64,000 nucleotides of DNA from Anthoceros angustus. Lineage: Eukaryota; Plantae; Anthocerotophyta. The stretch covers positions 868,001 to 932,000 of the forward strand of contig MU008162.1 of the NCBI GenBank assembly GCA_010909165.1, read 5' to 3'. Shown piece by piece: positions 52,467 through 64,000 of the stretch (within the stretch, counting starts at the first letter, position 1; each line of letters begins with the position of its first letter). The translations under genes were made by a program, and so were the position numbers. The notes beneath the pieces were generated by a model that was given only the letters and a program-made list of their open reading frames with translations, was not told the DNA's origin and ran no database searches.

Positions 52467-55037
52467 TGTGTGGGCAGACTTTCGTTAACGGACCAGCCGA
52501 GCGCACACTAATCCCAGGTCATGTAGTATGGGGTTCAATCCCAAGGGAATGGTTCTCTCCGTTCGCTTATTATTTACCTACTCCGTACTCCTAGCTAATC
52601 TAGGCCTCTATCATGAACCGGGCCCCACCACCGGACTTCCCTGACTATGAGGGTGGGTAGCGGACCCCGCCCCTGCTTGCAATCCTAACTAGTCTGGCCC
52701 GCTATTTTTATCTTGACCCCGCCGCCGGAATCCAGCACTTGGGATAGTGGGTAGCGGACCCGTGATGCAACGTGATCCCCGATCGAGCTCTACTATGGTG
52801 ATCGCCTGGCTACGCGGGCATTGTGCCAGAAACGATGCTCAAGGTACCTTCCGACCCTTCCGACGAATCGAACAGGGGTACGAATCACCCTTCGCAACGT
52901 TAACGGCCGGAGGTTATAGCCTCGGGCCGAACCGTACCACTGCTCAAACTCTCTACTCCGCACTCTATGCTAACCTTCCCCCTTCATGTTCCATATCAAA
53001 CTCTACCGTACATGCCTGGTACTGCCAAACGTTTAAGGACTCATTCACGTCCTCGTATTCATCCCGTTTGGGGCACTTCCCATCCACTCTTCTCTCTTCA
53101 TTCGCTCTTGCACTCCGCAGTCCGTCGTGGTGTGGTCGTGCGCTTCGATGAAATGCCGGCCCTCGGCACCTCTGCGTCCACGTCCGTGCGGTCCAGTCAG
53201 TCCACGCTCTTCACACCCTCGCTAGTCGTCCGGCTTCCCTTGTCCGCTCCGGTCCTCTTGTCACCTACGTCCCGCCCTTGAGGAGCAAGGGTCACGGTTT
53301 CTCAACACCTGCAATCACCTCCACGCGTTAGGGGGTTCGTCACCAGAACCTGGATAGTCCTCTTTTGAGTAGTTCGCCCGCTCGATGACTCGAGCATCGC
53401 ATTAGCACTTGGCTCACATGAGTCAGTATGCACAACAGGGTATCAACCCCAAAAGTAAAATCGCATTACAGGGGCGGCAACCCCCTTCTTATATTGCCTC
53501 TAAGGCAATGCCTCAGGGTCTCCTTCTCCGCCTCCACTCATTTGCTCCTCGGTGCCTTGGGCTGCCGAGATCTGTTCGCCCGCCGTTCACATCTCCACTC
53601 CATGGACAGCCCGGACTTGCTCACTTGCCGCCTGGTCTTCTTTCAGGTTGGCGATCTCCTAGTCTCGCTCCCTCAACCGGGCTTTGGTTGCCCCGGCCCC
53701 GTCCCTCCAGCGGTTCCAATTCCTGCGGTAATAGTCCCGGTCCGTCCTCGTGTTGGTCCCCGCGCCCCTTACTTCCTTCAGCTGGGCCTCCAGGGCTTGG
53801 CGCTCTTCAAGTTGCGCAGACTCCGCTGCCTCCCTGATTTCCTCTGCCACCTACCTCGTGACTTCCCTGGCACAGACTTGTAGGGCGGACCTCGCCTCCC
53901 CCTCAGCCGTCCGGCGCTTCTCCTCCTCCATCTTGGCGAGGCTCTTCGCCTTAAGCCTAGCAACTTGGGCAGTCTCCATCTGGCTCTAGAGCTCCACCAT
54001 GCGTCGCCTGGTGGCCTCTACCTCCTGTATTCTCTCAGAGGCTCGGGAGAGGCCCCAGATCATACCATCCACGATGAATGCCATGACTCGCCTAGCCTCT
54101 TCCACCGCGGTGACCGGCGAAATTCCTTCAAATCTCGCCGAGGGCGCGGGCATTCCCCGGCCTACCAGAGACTACCACACCATCCAGCGGAGCTGGTCGG
54201 GATAAGGCACTCCGGCCTCAATCAGGAGTCCGTCGCGCCATAGCCACATGGCTGTTTACCCTACTAACAAAGCAAACCAAAGTCGACCATGAGGCAGAAG
54301 CTTTGCTAGACCTTACATTCGGACTACCTATTTCTATTGCATAAAATATCAACCGCGAATGGCAAAAATCAATGAATCCTCATCTCATTCTCTCGCACAC
54401 ATACTGATCGGGGCTTACAACTTTACGGGATCTGTCTGTCTGCACTCACGAACATCTGCCTTGGCAATTTCCTATTGCAAACATCAGCAATCTGGCGCCG
54501 TCTAGATTGCTTCTGCCTTTTGTAGGCCATCACCGCCGCCATGTCATTAATGTCCTTGCCATCTTGAGGAGACGCGTGCGCTGTTGCCGAGGCGCCGTCC
54601 TCGCGTTAATGCTTTTGTTTTTGCCTCTTGACAATCTGCAGTGCGCCGCTTTGCAAACACCATGCATCATACAACATACGATTCACATAGGCCGTTATTT
54701 ACAGTGCTTATACGATCACTATGTAACTATAATACCTTATCTATATGATCGCTATACGGTTGCTACATGACCATACACCCTATCATGCATATCACCTACT
54801 CATGCTTTCTTATTTCACTCGCATGCATTCTTGTTGCCCTAAGGTATATTCTTCTGTCCCGCTTAAGTCACGATAGCTGTCGCGCCATAGCCGCATAGCT
54901 GTTTACTCTACTAACAAAGCAAACCAAAGTCGACCATGAGCCAGAAGTTTTGCTAGACCTTACACTCTCACTACCTATTTCTATTGTGTAAAATATCAAT
55001 CGCGAACGACCCCCCTGCTCAAAGTTGGGGCCCTACA
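52467..55037. mobile_element. Gypsy (Athila/Tat-like) LTR retrotransposon remnant, non-autonomous
   Basis: TG...CA ends (TGTGTGGGC / GCCCTACA), PBS-like TGGCGCCGTC at ~54493, a decayed minus-strand coiled-coil ORF at 53659-54230, and a ~128-bp direct repeat at 54232-54359 and 54878-55006. Confidence 0.45.
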
Positions 55038-55312
55038 TGTTAAAATAAAAGCACCACTTTGAGCACTTTCTGTGTGATAAAATACACTTTATTTAAGCAT
55101 TAGGGCATCTTCATTTAACATTAGTTTCCTCTTAGGGCATTAAGTGGTTACCTAATTAGTTGCTCTTAGGTAGTTAGTTATTGTATTAGTTACAACTACT
55201 TATTGGTTACAATCATTTATGGTTATAACCACCTTGCCTATATAAAGGTATGTGCTTTCTATTATATAATACAATAAGCTTTTGTGCAAGTGTGTGTGCA
55301 TGATTTTCATCA
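55038..55312 (+). repeat. 5' LTR of Copia element (275 bp)
   Basis: TGTT...TCA termini and TATA box CTATATAAA at ~55238. Immediately followed by PBS TGGTATTAGAGC (55313-55324, tRNA-iMet type). Confidence 0.85.
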
Positions 55313-57830
55313 TGGTATTAGAGCTTCGGCTCTAGATTCTCAAGCATATTGTTTGCCATCCTTTGAGGCATCAATCGTGCTATGCATTTTCTATTCTAGA
55401 TCATTCAGATGGAGCTTATTCTCTAAGGAGGCCTTCTATTTGGCGACAACTTCATTATGCTTTATTTCATACATTTATAATGCACAATTGGAGCATTTCT
55501 CTTTTGTCTATGTACCATGGATTTTTCAAATCCTGGTAGACAAGAGAATAGAAGGAGATCCAAGGCTGCAACAAAGGAGAAACGACCAAACATCATCAAT
55601 CCTAAGCACATTAGATATCAAGTTGAAGGAAATTCTAAGATTATTAGCAACTACATAAGAGCTATTATAATCAAATAAAAAAAATCAAGGACAATTGATC
55701 AAGCTTGCTATAAGAGATCTACCTTCTCATTTTAGGTACTCACAAGTAGAATCAATTACACTTGCACTCCAACATCTTCCCAATATATTTGCTGGTCCAA
55801 GTGCTTCCACTAACACCAATTTCTTACAGCCAATTGTAGAATCCATCAATTTAGATACAGAACTAAATCATAAGGCCACAATTCAGCAATTATCATTGCT
55901 TCTTTTTTGTCTCAATCGTTTAATTAAATGCATTGAAAATTTAGAAAACACAATTTCTAATAGTTCTCTGCAGAATTACCATTTACTTGCAGATTCTAAT
56001 TCTGATGAAGATTTTTACATCGAGCCACTTCCTCGAATGATCTCCAAAAACTCACGTACACGACGTAGTCGTGTATAAAGCCATCTGCTATGTCTGCTGC
56101 TTCGGATGATGGTGGTGATCACATTGACCCTTATCTAGTCAATCCTCAACCGCTTATCAATCAAGATAAGGAACCAAATCTAACCATTATCAACAACAAC
56201 TATGGAGACAGTTTCAAGGAGAAGGATAGATTCAATGGTAAAGACTTTGAAGTCTAGCGTCTCAGAATGCGTGGAGTTCTACGCAATCGTGACCTATGGG
56301 ACATCGTCAATGGAAGTCTTACGCGCCCCAATTGGGGTACTCATGAAGCAAAACGTTCATGGGATTCTAAAGATGAACGAGCACAAGACACATTGATTGG
56401 TGGGCTTTCACAACATATGGTCAGACAAATATTTGAGGCAAAATCTTCAAAGGATATGTGGAACCAACTTGTGCAATTATATTCGTCCAAAGATGTCATG
56501 AGCTTGGTTACAACCAATCGTAACTTCCACAACCTGAGAATGAAGGAATCATACACTATTGAACATCACATTAGTGCTTTTCGCATGGCAAGATATCAAC
56601 TTGAAGCTACATCTGGTCATAAACTTTCTGAGTTAGAATGCTTTGTTACCCTCCTATCTTCTTTACCATCCTCCTATAGACCTTTCGTTACAACTCAAAA
56701 CGCTGTTTTAAGAAGTGCTCAGAGACAAATTCGTGAAGGCGGCGACGAATCAGACTTGGACATCAGTCTTTCTGAGTTGATTGGAGCACTTATCCAGGAG
56801 GAGTTTAGCCGAAGACAAGATTCCCGATCCAGCAGACAGCAGGTGATGCATGTAGGACATGGCAGGGGTGCCAGAGGGCGAGGGCGAGGCCGGGGTCGTG
56901 GCAAAGAACCAATTCCCACACACTCTGCCAATCCTATTAAACATACTTTCATTGGAAAAAATTCATTTACTCAAACGCCTGCAAGAGGTAACGAGAAGAG
57001 TGGAATTATTTGCAATTGGTGCAGCATCCCAAATCATATGGAGAAGGACTGCAGAAAAAAGAAGAATGGCGAACCTAGGAAAGAGGCTGCATCTAGAGCA
57101 TATGTAGCTGTTAAGAGACAGTCATCGGCAACTCCCTCAGCTCTCACTATATGTTTGGCTTCATCTCAGCCTTCAAATTAAAATTGGTATCTTGACAGTG
57201 GAACTACCTCACACAACTGTTATGACAAGGACTCTATTGAGTCATATTCTCCAAGCACACGACACTAGTCTGTCCTCTTGGGGGATGATTACAATCTTAC
57301 CATCTCTAGTATTGGTTCAGTTGTACTCAGATCTCACACAGGTCAGACCCTTCGTTTTCATCAAGTCCTTCATGTTCCTCCCATATGCAAAACTTTAATA
57401 TCAACTGCAAGTCTTTGTAAAGAACACACTATACAGGTGACCCTATATGCGGATAGTTGTTTAATTTCCTGCACAAGTAATAAAAAATTAATCATCTACA
57501 CAAACACAAACACATTAAACCAGAAGTGAGAGTGGGAGTTTAAGTGGGAGTGAGAGTTCTGTCAACATTGCCTCTCATAATACATCGACACCTAAACATA
57601 CTAGGCTTTGACATTGTCGCTTAGGTCATCCAAATAGTTCAAAGCTTCTTCAAATGTCGAAGGGTAGTCTCCATAAAATTCTGTCTTTCCAACATATGCT
57701 ACCACACTCTTTCCATTCAGAGGCACAACCACATCAGCTGCTGCTCCTCCCTCACTCACACAACGGAAGCCCCTTTCCTTTCTTGGAGCCATTTCTAATT
57801 ACATTCCACAATCAGAAGACTGGAAAGAGT
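55038..57830 (+). mobile_element. 3'-truncated Ty1/Copia LTR retrotransposon (LTR, PBS, extra ORF, gag from ATG 56090, protease, GAG-pre-integrase)
   Basis: RFNGKDFEV*RLRMRGVLRNRDLWDIVNG (UBN2), zinc knuckle CNWCSIPNHMEKDC, protease WYLDSGTTSH and VLHVPPICKTLIS, and RL*HCRLGHPN. It has in-frame stops and no integrase core, RT or 3' LTR. Confidence 0.92.
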
Positions 57831-57835
57831 AGACT

Positions 57836-58593
57836 CTAGGATTCCAAACTCCTCCTTTTGCTGCTACTTCGGGGAATCACAACAGCGCGCCTCACAAGCT
57901 CTCGCTGGTGATAAAGCAATCTGCAACTCCTGTACTGGGGGAGAAATTCCGAGACATCAAGCTCTCCTCTGATGAACTCCCGGTGCATCGTTTCCGACTC
58001 CTCATCGACTTCTGTGGCAGCCTGCTCCAACAGACTGACCAGAAGCGCAGGCGATCTAGAGCCCCGCGCATTCTTCACCCGCTTCCGAACCTCATCCAGC
58101 CTCTCCTGCGCCGCTGCCAGCTCTGAGGTCCTGATGACCGCGCACTGGTTCCGGAGCTCTGCAGCTTCCCCTTCCCGGGCCAGATTCTTCCTCGCCTGCT
58201 CAAGATTGCTTTGTTTCAAGTCATGCACCAGCGATTCCGCCTGCTTCACAGAATCCAGCGAATGCAGAAGCGCAGGCGATCTAGAGCCCGCGCATTCTTC
58301 ACCCGCTTCCGAACCTCATCCAGCCTCTCCTGCGCCGCTGCCAGCTCTGAGGTCCTGATGACCGCGCACTGGTTCCGGAGCTCTGCAGCTTCCCCTTCCC
58401 GGGCCAGATTCTTCCTCGCCTGCTCAAGATTGCTTTGTTTCAAGTCATGCACCAGCGATTCCGCCTGCTTCACAGAATCCAGCGAATGTAGAAGCGCCGC
58501 GTAGCTCTTCGGATCTGTCACCAGAACCTGCAGCTCCCGCGCGCTCTTGCGCGACAGAGCTGACGAGAGCGAGGAGGCGCTCAACCGACTCAT
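57836..58593 (-). CDS. VPS37: ESCRT-I subunit VPS37-like (Mod(r) domain), intronless, disrupted as assembled by an internal ~226-bp duplication
   Basis: KSARELQVLVTDPKSY, ARKNLARE..ELRNQCAVIRTSELAAAQERLDE and SP.LL..LEQAATEVDEESE...FLPQYRSCRLLYHQREL match plant VPS37 as recalled. Confidence 0.85.
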
Positions 58594-59157
58594 CGCCGAA
58601 GACGAATATCGAGACGGGCGAAGCAGTGGCTTGGAGCTTCGCAACCGGCTCGCGGTGGCATGCTCACGTTCGCACTGCCGCTTCCACGGGCAAGCTAAAC
58701 TCGGCACGCTACTGTACCTGGTGGCAGGCACGCGGTGAAGCCATCAGACGTTTTGACCGGGATTCTCAGAAGGCAAGAATACTGAGGGTCGAGCATGCAC
58801 TTACAGCGTGAAGGCGTGAAGCCGGTCAGGCGGTCAGCCTTAAGAATCATTCGCCCATGTCAATTCGGGGCTGGTTGTATAATGTATATAGGATAATCCT
58901 TGCTCCACACGCAAAAGCCGGCACGGGCGGTGGAGGAAATGCAGGAAATTGAAGCTTAAGAGCAGAAAAAAAGATTTCCTCACCTTCGCATCCCTGCAGC
59001 TAGGGCTCGCGCTTCTCCACCTGCCTTAGAGAGAGCAGGCAGGAGGACGAGTTCGCTTTTTAGGGCGATAAGCATAATCTGGAAGCCAGCCGCGCAGGTG
59101 TGACCGAATAAGAATGTGTCCACGAGAGTATTTGAAGCCCACACCCAGGCGCTGTGG

Positions 59158-62100
59158 CTATGCCACCCTGCCGTCTGCCAACTCTTCCTCTGTATATTCA
59201 GGGACTCCACCACTGGATCTTCTCTCTCGGATCCTCTCGATAACATGGCGTCGTTTGTCATTGAACTTTTTCCCAAGATTCAGGACCTTCGCACGCCTGG
59301 AACCAGATGCCTTGGTTGTCCTGGACTCGACGTCGTCTCCTCCCAGACTGCGGGAGGAGACATCCGTATCTGACGTAGGGATATCCACTGGTTCATAATG
59401 GTCTTGGTCGCCATTCAAGCTCTCCACTTCATTTCCCCCTAGCAAAGGCACCAAAAACTCTGCAGCATAGGGCCCTGATGTCCCCACCGCCGTAATTGGT
59501 AAAATGGGTGCCGCGTTGTCGGATTTTGAGGGCTCTGGCAGCAAGTCTTTTGCAAGTGATGACTGTTTTGGCTGAGGCCCATCTGCAGACGCCGTTGATG
59601 TATTCCCTTCAAAATATTTCTCTTTGTTCGGGGTTGACGTAGTATCGACAGTAGCATCAGTGTTTGAGCCTTCACCATTCTGGACAGGACCACTCCAGGG
59701 AAGTGGTGCAGCACTTTGTGGAACCCAGTTGCCAACATCAGTTATCATCCAAGGAAGGTGTATATCCTCGCATTGAGGAAGCACTAGAGCTTCCTTTAAA
59801 AGAATCTGCACACGATATGACAGGTCCACTTGAACTCCGCCGTACAGTGAAAACGATCTGTACCGACACAAATCAGCGAGAGAACAAACCTTGATCCGCT
59901 CGACAATGTAAGCACCTACAGGAGCGCTGTTAATCTTGCGCTCTCCAATACAAGGCTCAGATTCCATTTCAAGAAGTGGCATTGAGGTAAAGCAAAACCA
60001 AATCCGATCTGACGGAGGAGGTCTAAAGCGGATCCGTAGGGTCCCTTTGAGGGACACAACCTTCACAGATAAGGCAAGGGGCACCTACAGACAAAGAACA
60101 ACTCTCTTTGGTTAAGGCGCTAAGCGATGCAACACAGAACTTCTTCCAGCAAGACCAAAAACCTCTTGCACCCACTATCAATGCTTGAGTCAAACAAAGA
60201 CAATTGACAAGATGTTCAGACAAACTGACCTGAGACACCTGTTCAGCCACATTCATCAACATGGCCTTGCAACTTGCTAAAGAGGATTGTACCCAACTCT
60301 TCCTGCCTGTAGATCAAGAGAACACTTGGAAGTTAGACGATTATCAACAGCTGCACACAATGATACTTATCCTTCCTGTTTGTCATCGTGAGAAACATAT
60401 GAATCCTGTTAGTTGCCACGTTGCCTTGGCACATGAATCCACACTGACGTGTGGAAAGACCAACAGACCATGTTTGAGGTGCCTATCAAGGCAGTTACCT
60501 GACTTACTAGCACCAGCACTTTTCTTGTCAGGTAGTGCAGATGCATCAAGCCCAGCATTACCAGCAATCTCCAAGTCCTCTCCCAGGGCCCCAAACCCTT
60601 TCGTCAGAAGATCTGCTGTAGCCGCACCAGCCAGGCTGGACTCCAGCCCTTGACTAGCTACCTTCTCTTGATCTTTTGGATCCCTCAAATCAAGTCTAGT
60701 CTCCACTGTAAGAATAGCACCACCATAATACTCGATATCAGCTTCCAAGGACCACACACCCTCAGAGTCCACAGGGAGCACTCGCATGCCATGAGCAAGT
60801 GGCGGAGACGTCCCAAGATCAAGGTGAGTGCAGGTCAATGCAGCAATGTAGCCAGGGTTTTGGGTCTTTGCAGTCAGAAGCTTCTGCAATCAAACACGCA
60901 GACATGTGAGCATGACATGTGGTCCCTGATCTGCAAATTTGAGGACAATCACAGCAGTAAGGTACAAGTCTCTGAATCCCTACAACTTTCAGGATAAAAG
61001 CCAATAAGAGACACCTTGATTAATACAAGCAATTCTTGCCTGAATACGTTGCTGTACAAGACTTGTGACATGTGCGCTATGATAAATATCAAAGAAAAAT
61101 CTTGAAATGATCATGTTCCAGCAAAGAAGTCCGTGGTCCATGTTCCTGCTTTCCCAATTATTTTGTGTGTCATCACCAGTCTTCTGAGCTACTGAAGCTG
61201 TGATGACATCCACGGTGTCTGGTCGTGTAGATGCTAGACCACCAAGTCTACTGCCCTCATCCGCTACTGCAAGTGCGTCACCATTACTTAACCTCCTTTC
61301 TGAGCCGGCAGCTCTGCCAGAGCCATCTGAACTTCCGCGTGCGCTAAATCTGTCTTCTGCATCGACAAGTGGACGAGAGGTGGCCACGGATGACTGCTCT
61401 CGTCCATCTGTCGCTTTGAAATCCCTGCTGTTCTTCGAGGACCTCCTTGCAAGGCGTCTCCATGTGAACCGCCTCTTCTTGGAGCCAGATTCAGCTTCCC
61501 CAACACCAATGCTGGATTTCCGTAGACTACTGCTTTCAGCAGAGAATGGCAGTTGATTACTCACCTTCAGTGAGTACTCCTCAAACTCCCTCTTCAGTTT
61601 CACATACCAATCATCTGCATCATAGTTGAGCTTTGCAGCCCCTCGAAGACCTTCACACCAGGCCTCCTTTTCCCATCCCGTATTAAAGTACAAGAAACAA
61701 GTGCTCAGTCCATTGTAGAGCACACTTTTTTCATGGTATAATTTCACCGGAAACCTCTTGGCCCTGTAACCAACCAACATCACAGAACAAGGTCAATTCG
61801 GAACCTTGAGTCAGCAAAGAGCTCAACATGACCATTGACGTAGCAAACATAAACTTACACAATGAAAGCTAACAAGACAACTTTCCACGGTCCTGTCCTC
61901 GGTAGACATACGTCAAGACCAAACTGGACAACTTACCACTTCCTTCCTGGCACGGACGCTGCTGAGACGGCAACAACATCACATCCCTCCAGAGAGATGC
62001 ATTCGTCAGTCCCATCAGGAGCAGTTAGCAAAAGACTCCTATCCTGGAGTTTTGCACGCCTCCACACCGGGTAAAGGTCTGGCGCGTCTCTGAAGCTATC

Positions 62101-62855
62101 CCTTCTCTTCTGCTTCTCACGAGTCTTCCTCCCCGTGTCGCGTGGCTCTGTTGCTATCCAAACGACACCCTTCATTCGGCAGCCAGACAGAAACAAGACA
62201 TCAGATCGCTGAACTCAATACTGCCAGTCCACCAGCTCCATCAGCAGGTCAAAATGCGACACTCTTCGGAGCAAACCAGCTCAAAAAAAGTGGAAAAGCT
62301 AAAGCATCAAAAGCGCACTTCTCCGACCACAAACCCCTCCCAAGCTTCAGACTTCGGCAAGGTGGTAGCTTCGCATTCAAAGAGGCCGGCACGCCAAAGT
62401 CTCCCGAACATCCCGAACCCTAACAAGCTCACCAAACTCCCTCTAGCTCAGATCACAACCCCAGGCATCCACCACGCCACGCACACACCCGGCCGAAGAC
62501 CTAACCATCCACAACGCCTTCCTTCCCCGACACCTCCCGACTGCATCAAAACCACAACCTTTCCTCGCATTTCCGACACCACACCACACCAGGATCAGAG
62601 CTCGCTCCGCACCTGCAGCAGGACGGCCCCGGGCGGGGAGGCGGCCCTCGGGGAGGGAGGCAGCGCGGCATTCCGGGCCTCCCGCCTGTCCAGCGCGGCC
62701 TGGTGCGCAGAGCTCACAGCAGCGGCGTAGGAGTCACGGGATGCGGTGCGCAGGCCGCGCAGGAGGCGCACCGCGAGGGCCACGGCCAGAACGGCCTCCA
62801 CAGCCAGCAGCAGGAGCGCGCCTGCCAGGAAGGAAGGCCAGCACGGGAGCGCCAT
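59158..62855 (-). CDS. TEX2/Nvj2-like ER membrane protein (N-terminal TM, PH-like, SMP lipid-transfer domain). Exons ~62855-62613, 62169-61937, 61763-61040, 60883-60499, 60306-60230, 60084-59890, 59805-59158
   Basis: TM SFLAGALLLLAVEAVL. PH-like ISLEGCDVVAVSA..RKWAKRFPVKL...TGWEKEAWC. SMP motifs GLLCWNMIISRFFFD, DIEYYGGAILTVETRLD and LKGTLRIRFRPPPSDRIWFCFTSMP. Confidence 0.92.
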
Positions 62856-63427
62856 CGCTGTTCCGCCTCCGCTTCCCGCTCGCGTTCCCGCTCGTGGCGC
62901 GTGACTGGCCTGGCGACGAGGGTTGCGGGTGCCGGCGTCGTCGTGAAAGGTGGCCCTGGCCTGGCCAGAGATGACATGGCGGAGACGCGTGCTCCCAAGT
63001 GGAGGCGGGCAGCGAAGGCCCCCCACCAGGCCCCAGGCAACGCAACGCAACGCAACGCAACGGCAGCCAAGAGGAGGAGCACAACAGCACAATTCATGAA
63101 CGAACGACTGGACAACAGTTTGCCCCCTTTGGGATGCACGTGTTCGCCATCGTGCGGTAAGTCAAACCTCCCGAAGATGCAACCTTTTACTGCCACTCGT
63201 ACCTCGTTACTGGATGTTACTGTACACTGTGAAGTTGTGAACCTATATAATGTAGATTGACCTAGACTATTCCTACCAATTGGCATCCTCCGTGATGGCC
63301 GTGGGAGTCTTCAGCTTCTCAAGAGTACAAAGCATGTCCACTTCAGTCACCTCATGGACTTAGATGTTTTGCGTTCACCAACCCATCACTGATGACTCAC
63401 TTGGGTATTCACTTTAAGAACTTGAGC

Positions 63428-63802
63428 GATTGCAGGAGAATATAGGAGGATGCGGGAGGATGCGGGATGATGTAGGAGGAGGCTGGAGGGAGCGATGGTG
63501 GATGCTCTACGTGTTTTGGAGGATTCTGGATGGAGCCGTGAGAGGGAGCGATTGCGGGAGGATGTAGGATGATGCGGGAGGATGTAGGATGATGTGGGAG
63601 GAGGTCGGAGCATACGGGAGATTGTAGGAGGAGGCTGGAGGGAGCGATGGCGGAGGCTCCACGTCTTTTGCAGGATGCTGGAGGGAGCCATGAGAGGGAG
63701 CGATTGCGGGAGGATGTAAGAGGATGCAGAACGAGGTAGGAGGATGCAGAACGAGGTAGGAGGATGCGGGAGGATGTGGGAGGAGGTTGGAGGGAGCGAT
63801 AG
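63428..63802. repeat. Purine-rich minisatellite (10-bp AGGATG(C/T)(G/A)GG core nested in ~150-bp higher-order units)
   Basis: GAGGCTGGAGGGAGCGATGG and GAGAGGGAGCGATTGCGGGAGGATGTA recur at ~150-bp spacing. Confidence 0.85.
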
Positions 63803-64000
63803 CACATGCACTAGTAGGAAAGTAAGATTGTCGGGGCCAAAATATGAGGGATCAATCCTAGGTTATGGGTGAATATGGATAAAAAAGATTGAAGTGGAAG
63901 TTTGGTAGGGCTTGGAATCCAATGTGGCCATGCTCTTTTCACTTTCTATGATTTATTTTTCCTCATCTTCATCATCATGTCTTCTATGCGACATTGTTGG

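Noticed and set aside
63809-63823. CACTAGTAGGAAA as a CACTA transposon terminus
   Set aside because: No partner end or transposase is visible in the window, so it cannot be supported.

Overview
Eukaryotic, intron-containing land-plant nuclear DNA with short (about 70-130 bp) GT-AG introns. A flagellar gene (CFAP45), a DYW:KP-type RNA-editing PPR remnant and compact gene spacing point to a hornwort (Anthoceros-like); this is inference. Recognisable genes, in order: ALB3 first exon (-), type-B cytokinin response regulator (-), CFAP45 (+), N-acetylglutamate synthase (-), two intronless PUX7/UBXN7-like copies (-), a ~4.5 kb graveyard of PLS-PPR/E/DYW:KP pseudogene fragments, an intact intronless 282-aa orphan (+), a giant GEX2-like filamin/Ig-repeat gene with an unrecognised Cys-rich N-terminal domain (-), a truncated Copia element with an extra upstream ORF (+), an intronless VPS37 with an internal duplication (-) and a TEX2-like PH+SMP lipid-transfer gene (-). 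There are also several microhomology-bounded tandem duplications, foldback elements and minisatellites. Exon boundaries were read by eye, and no database search was possible.
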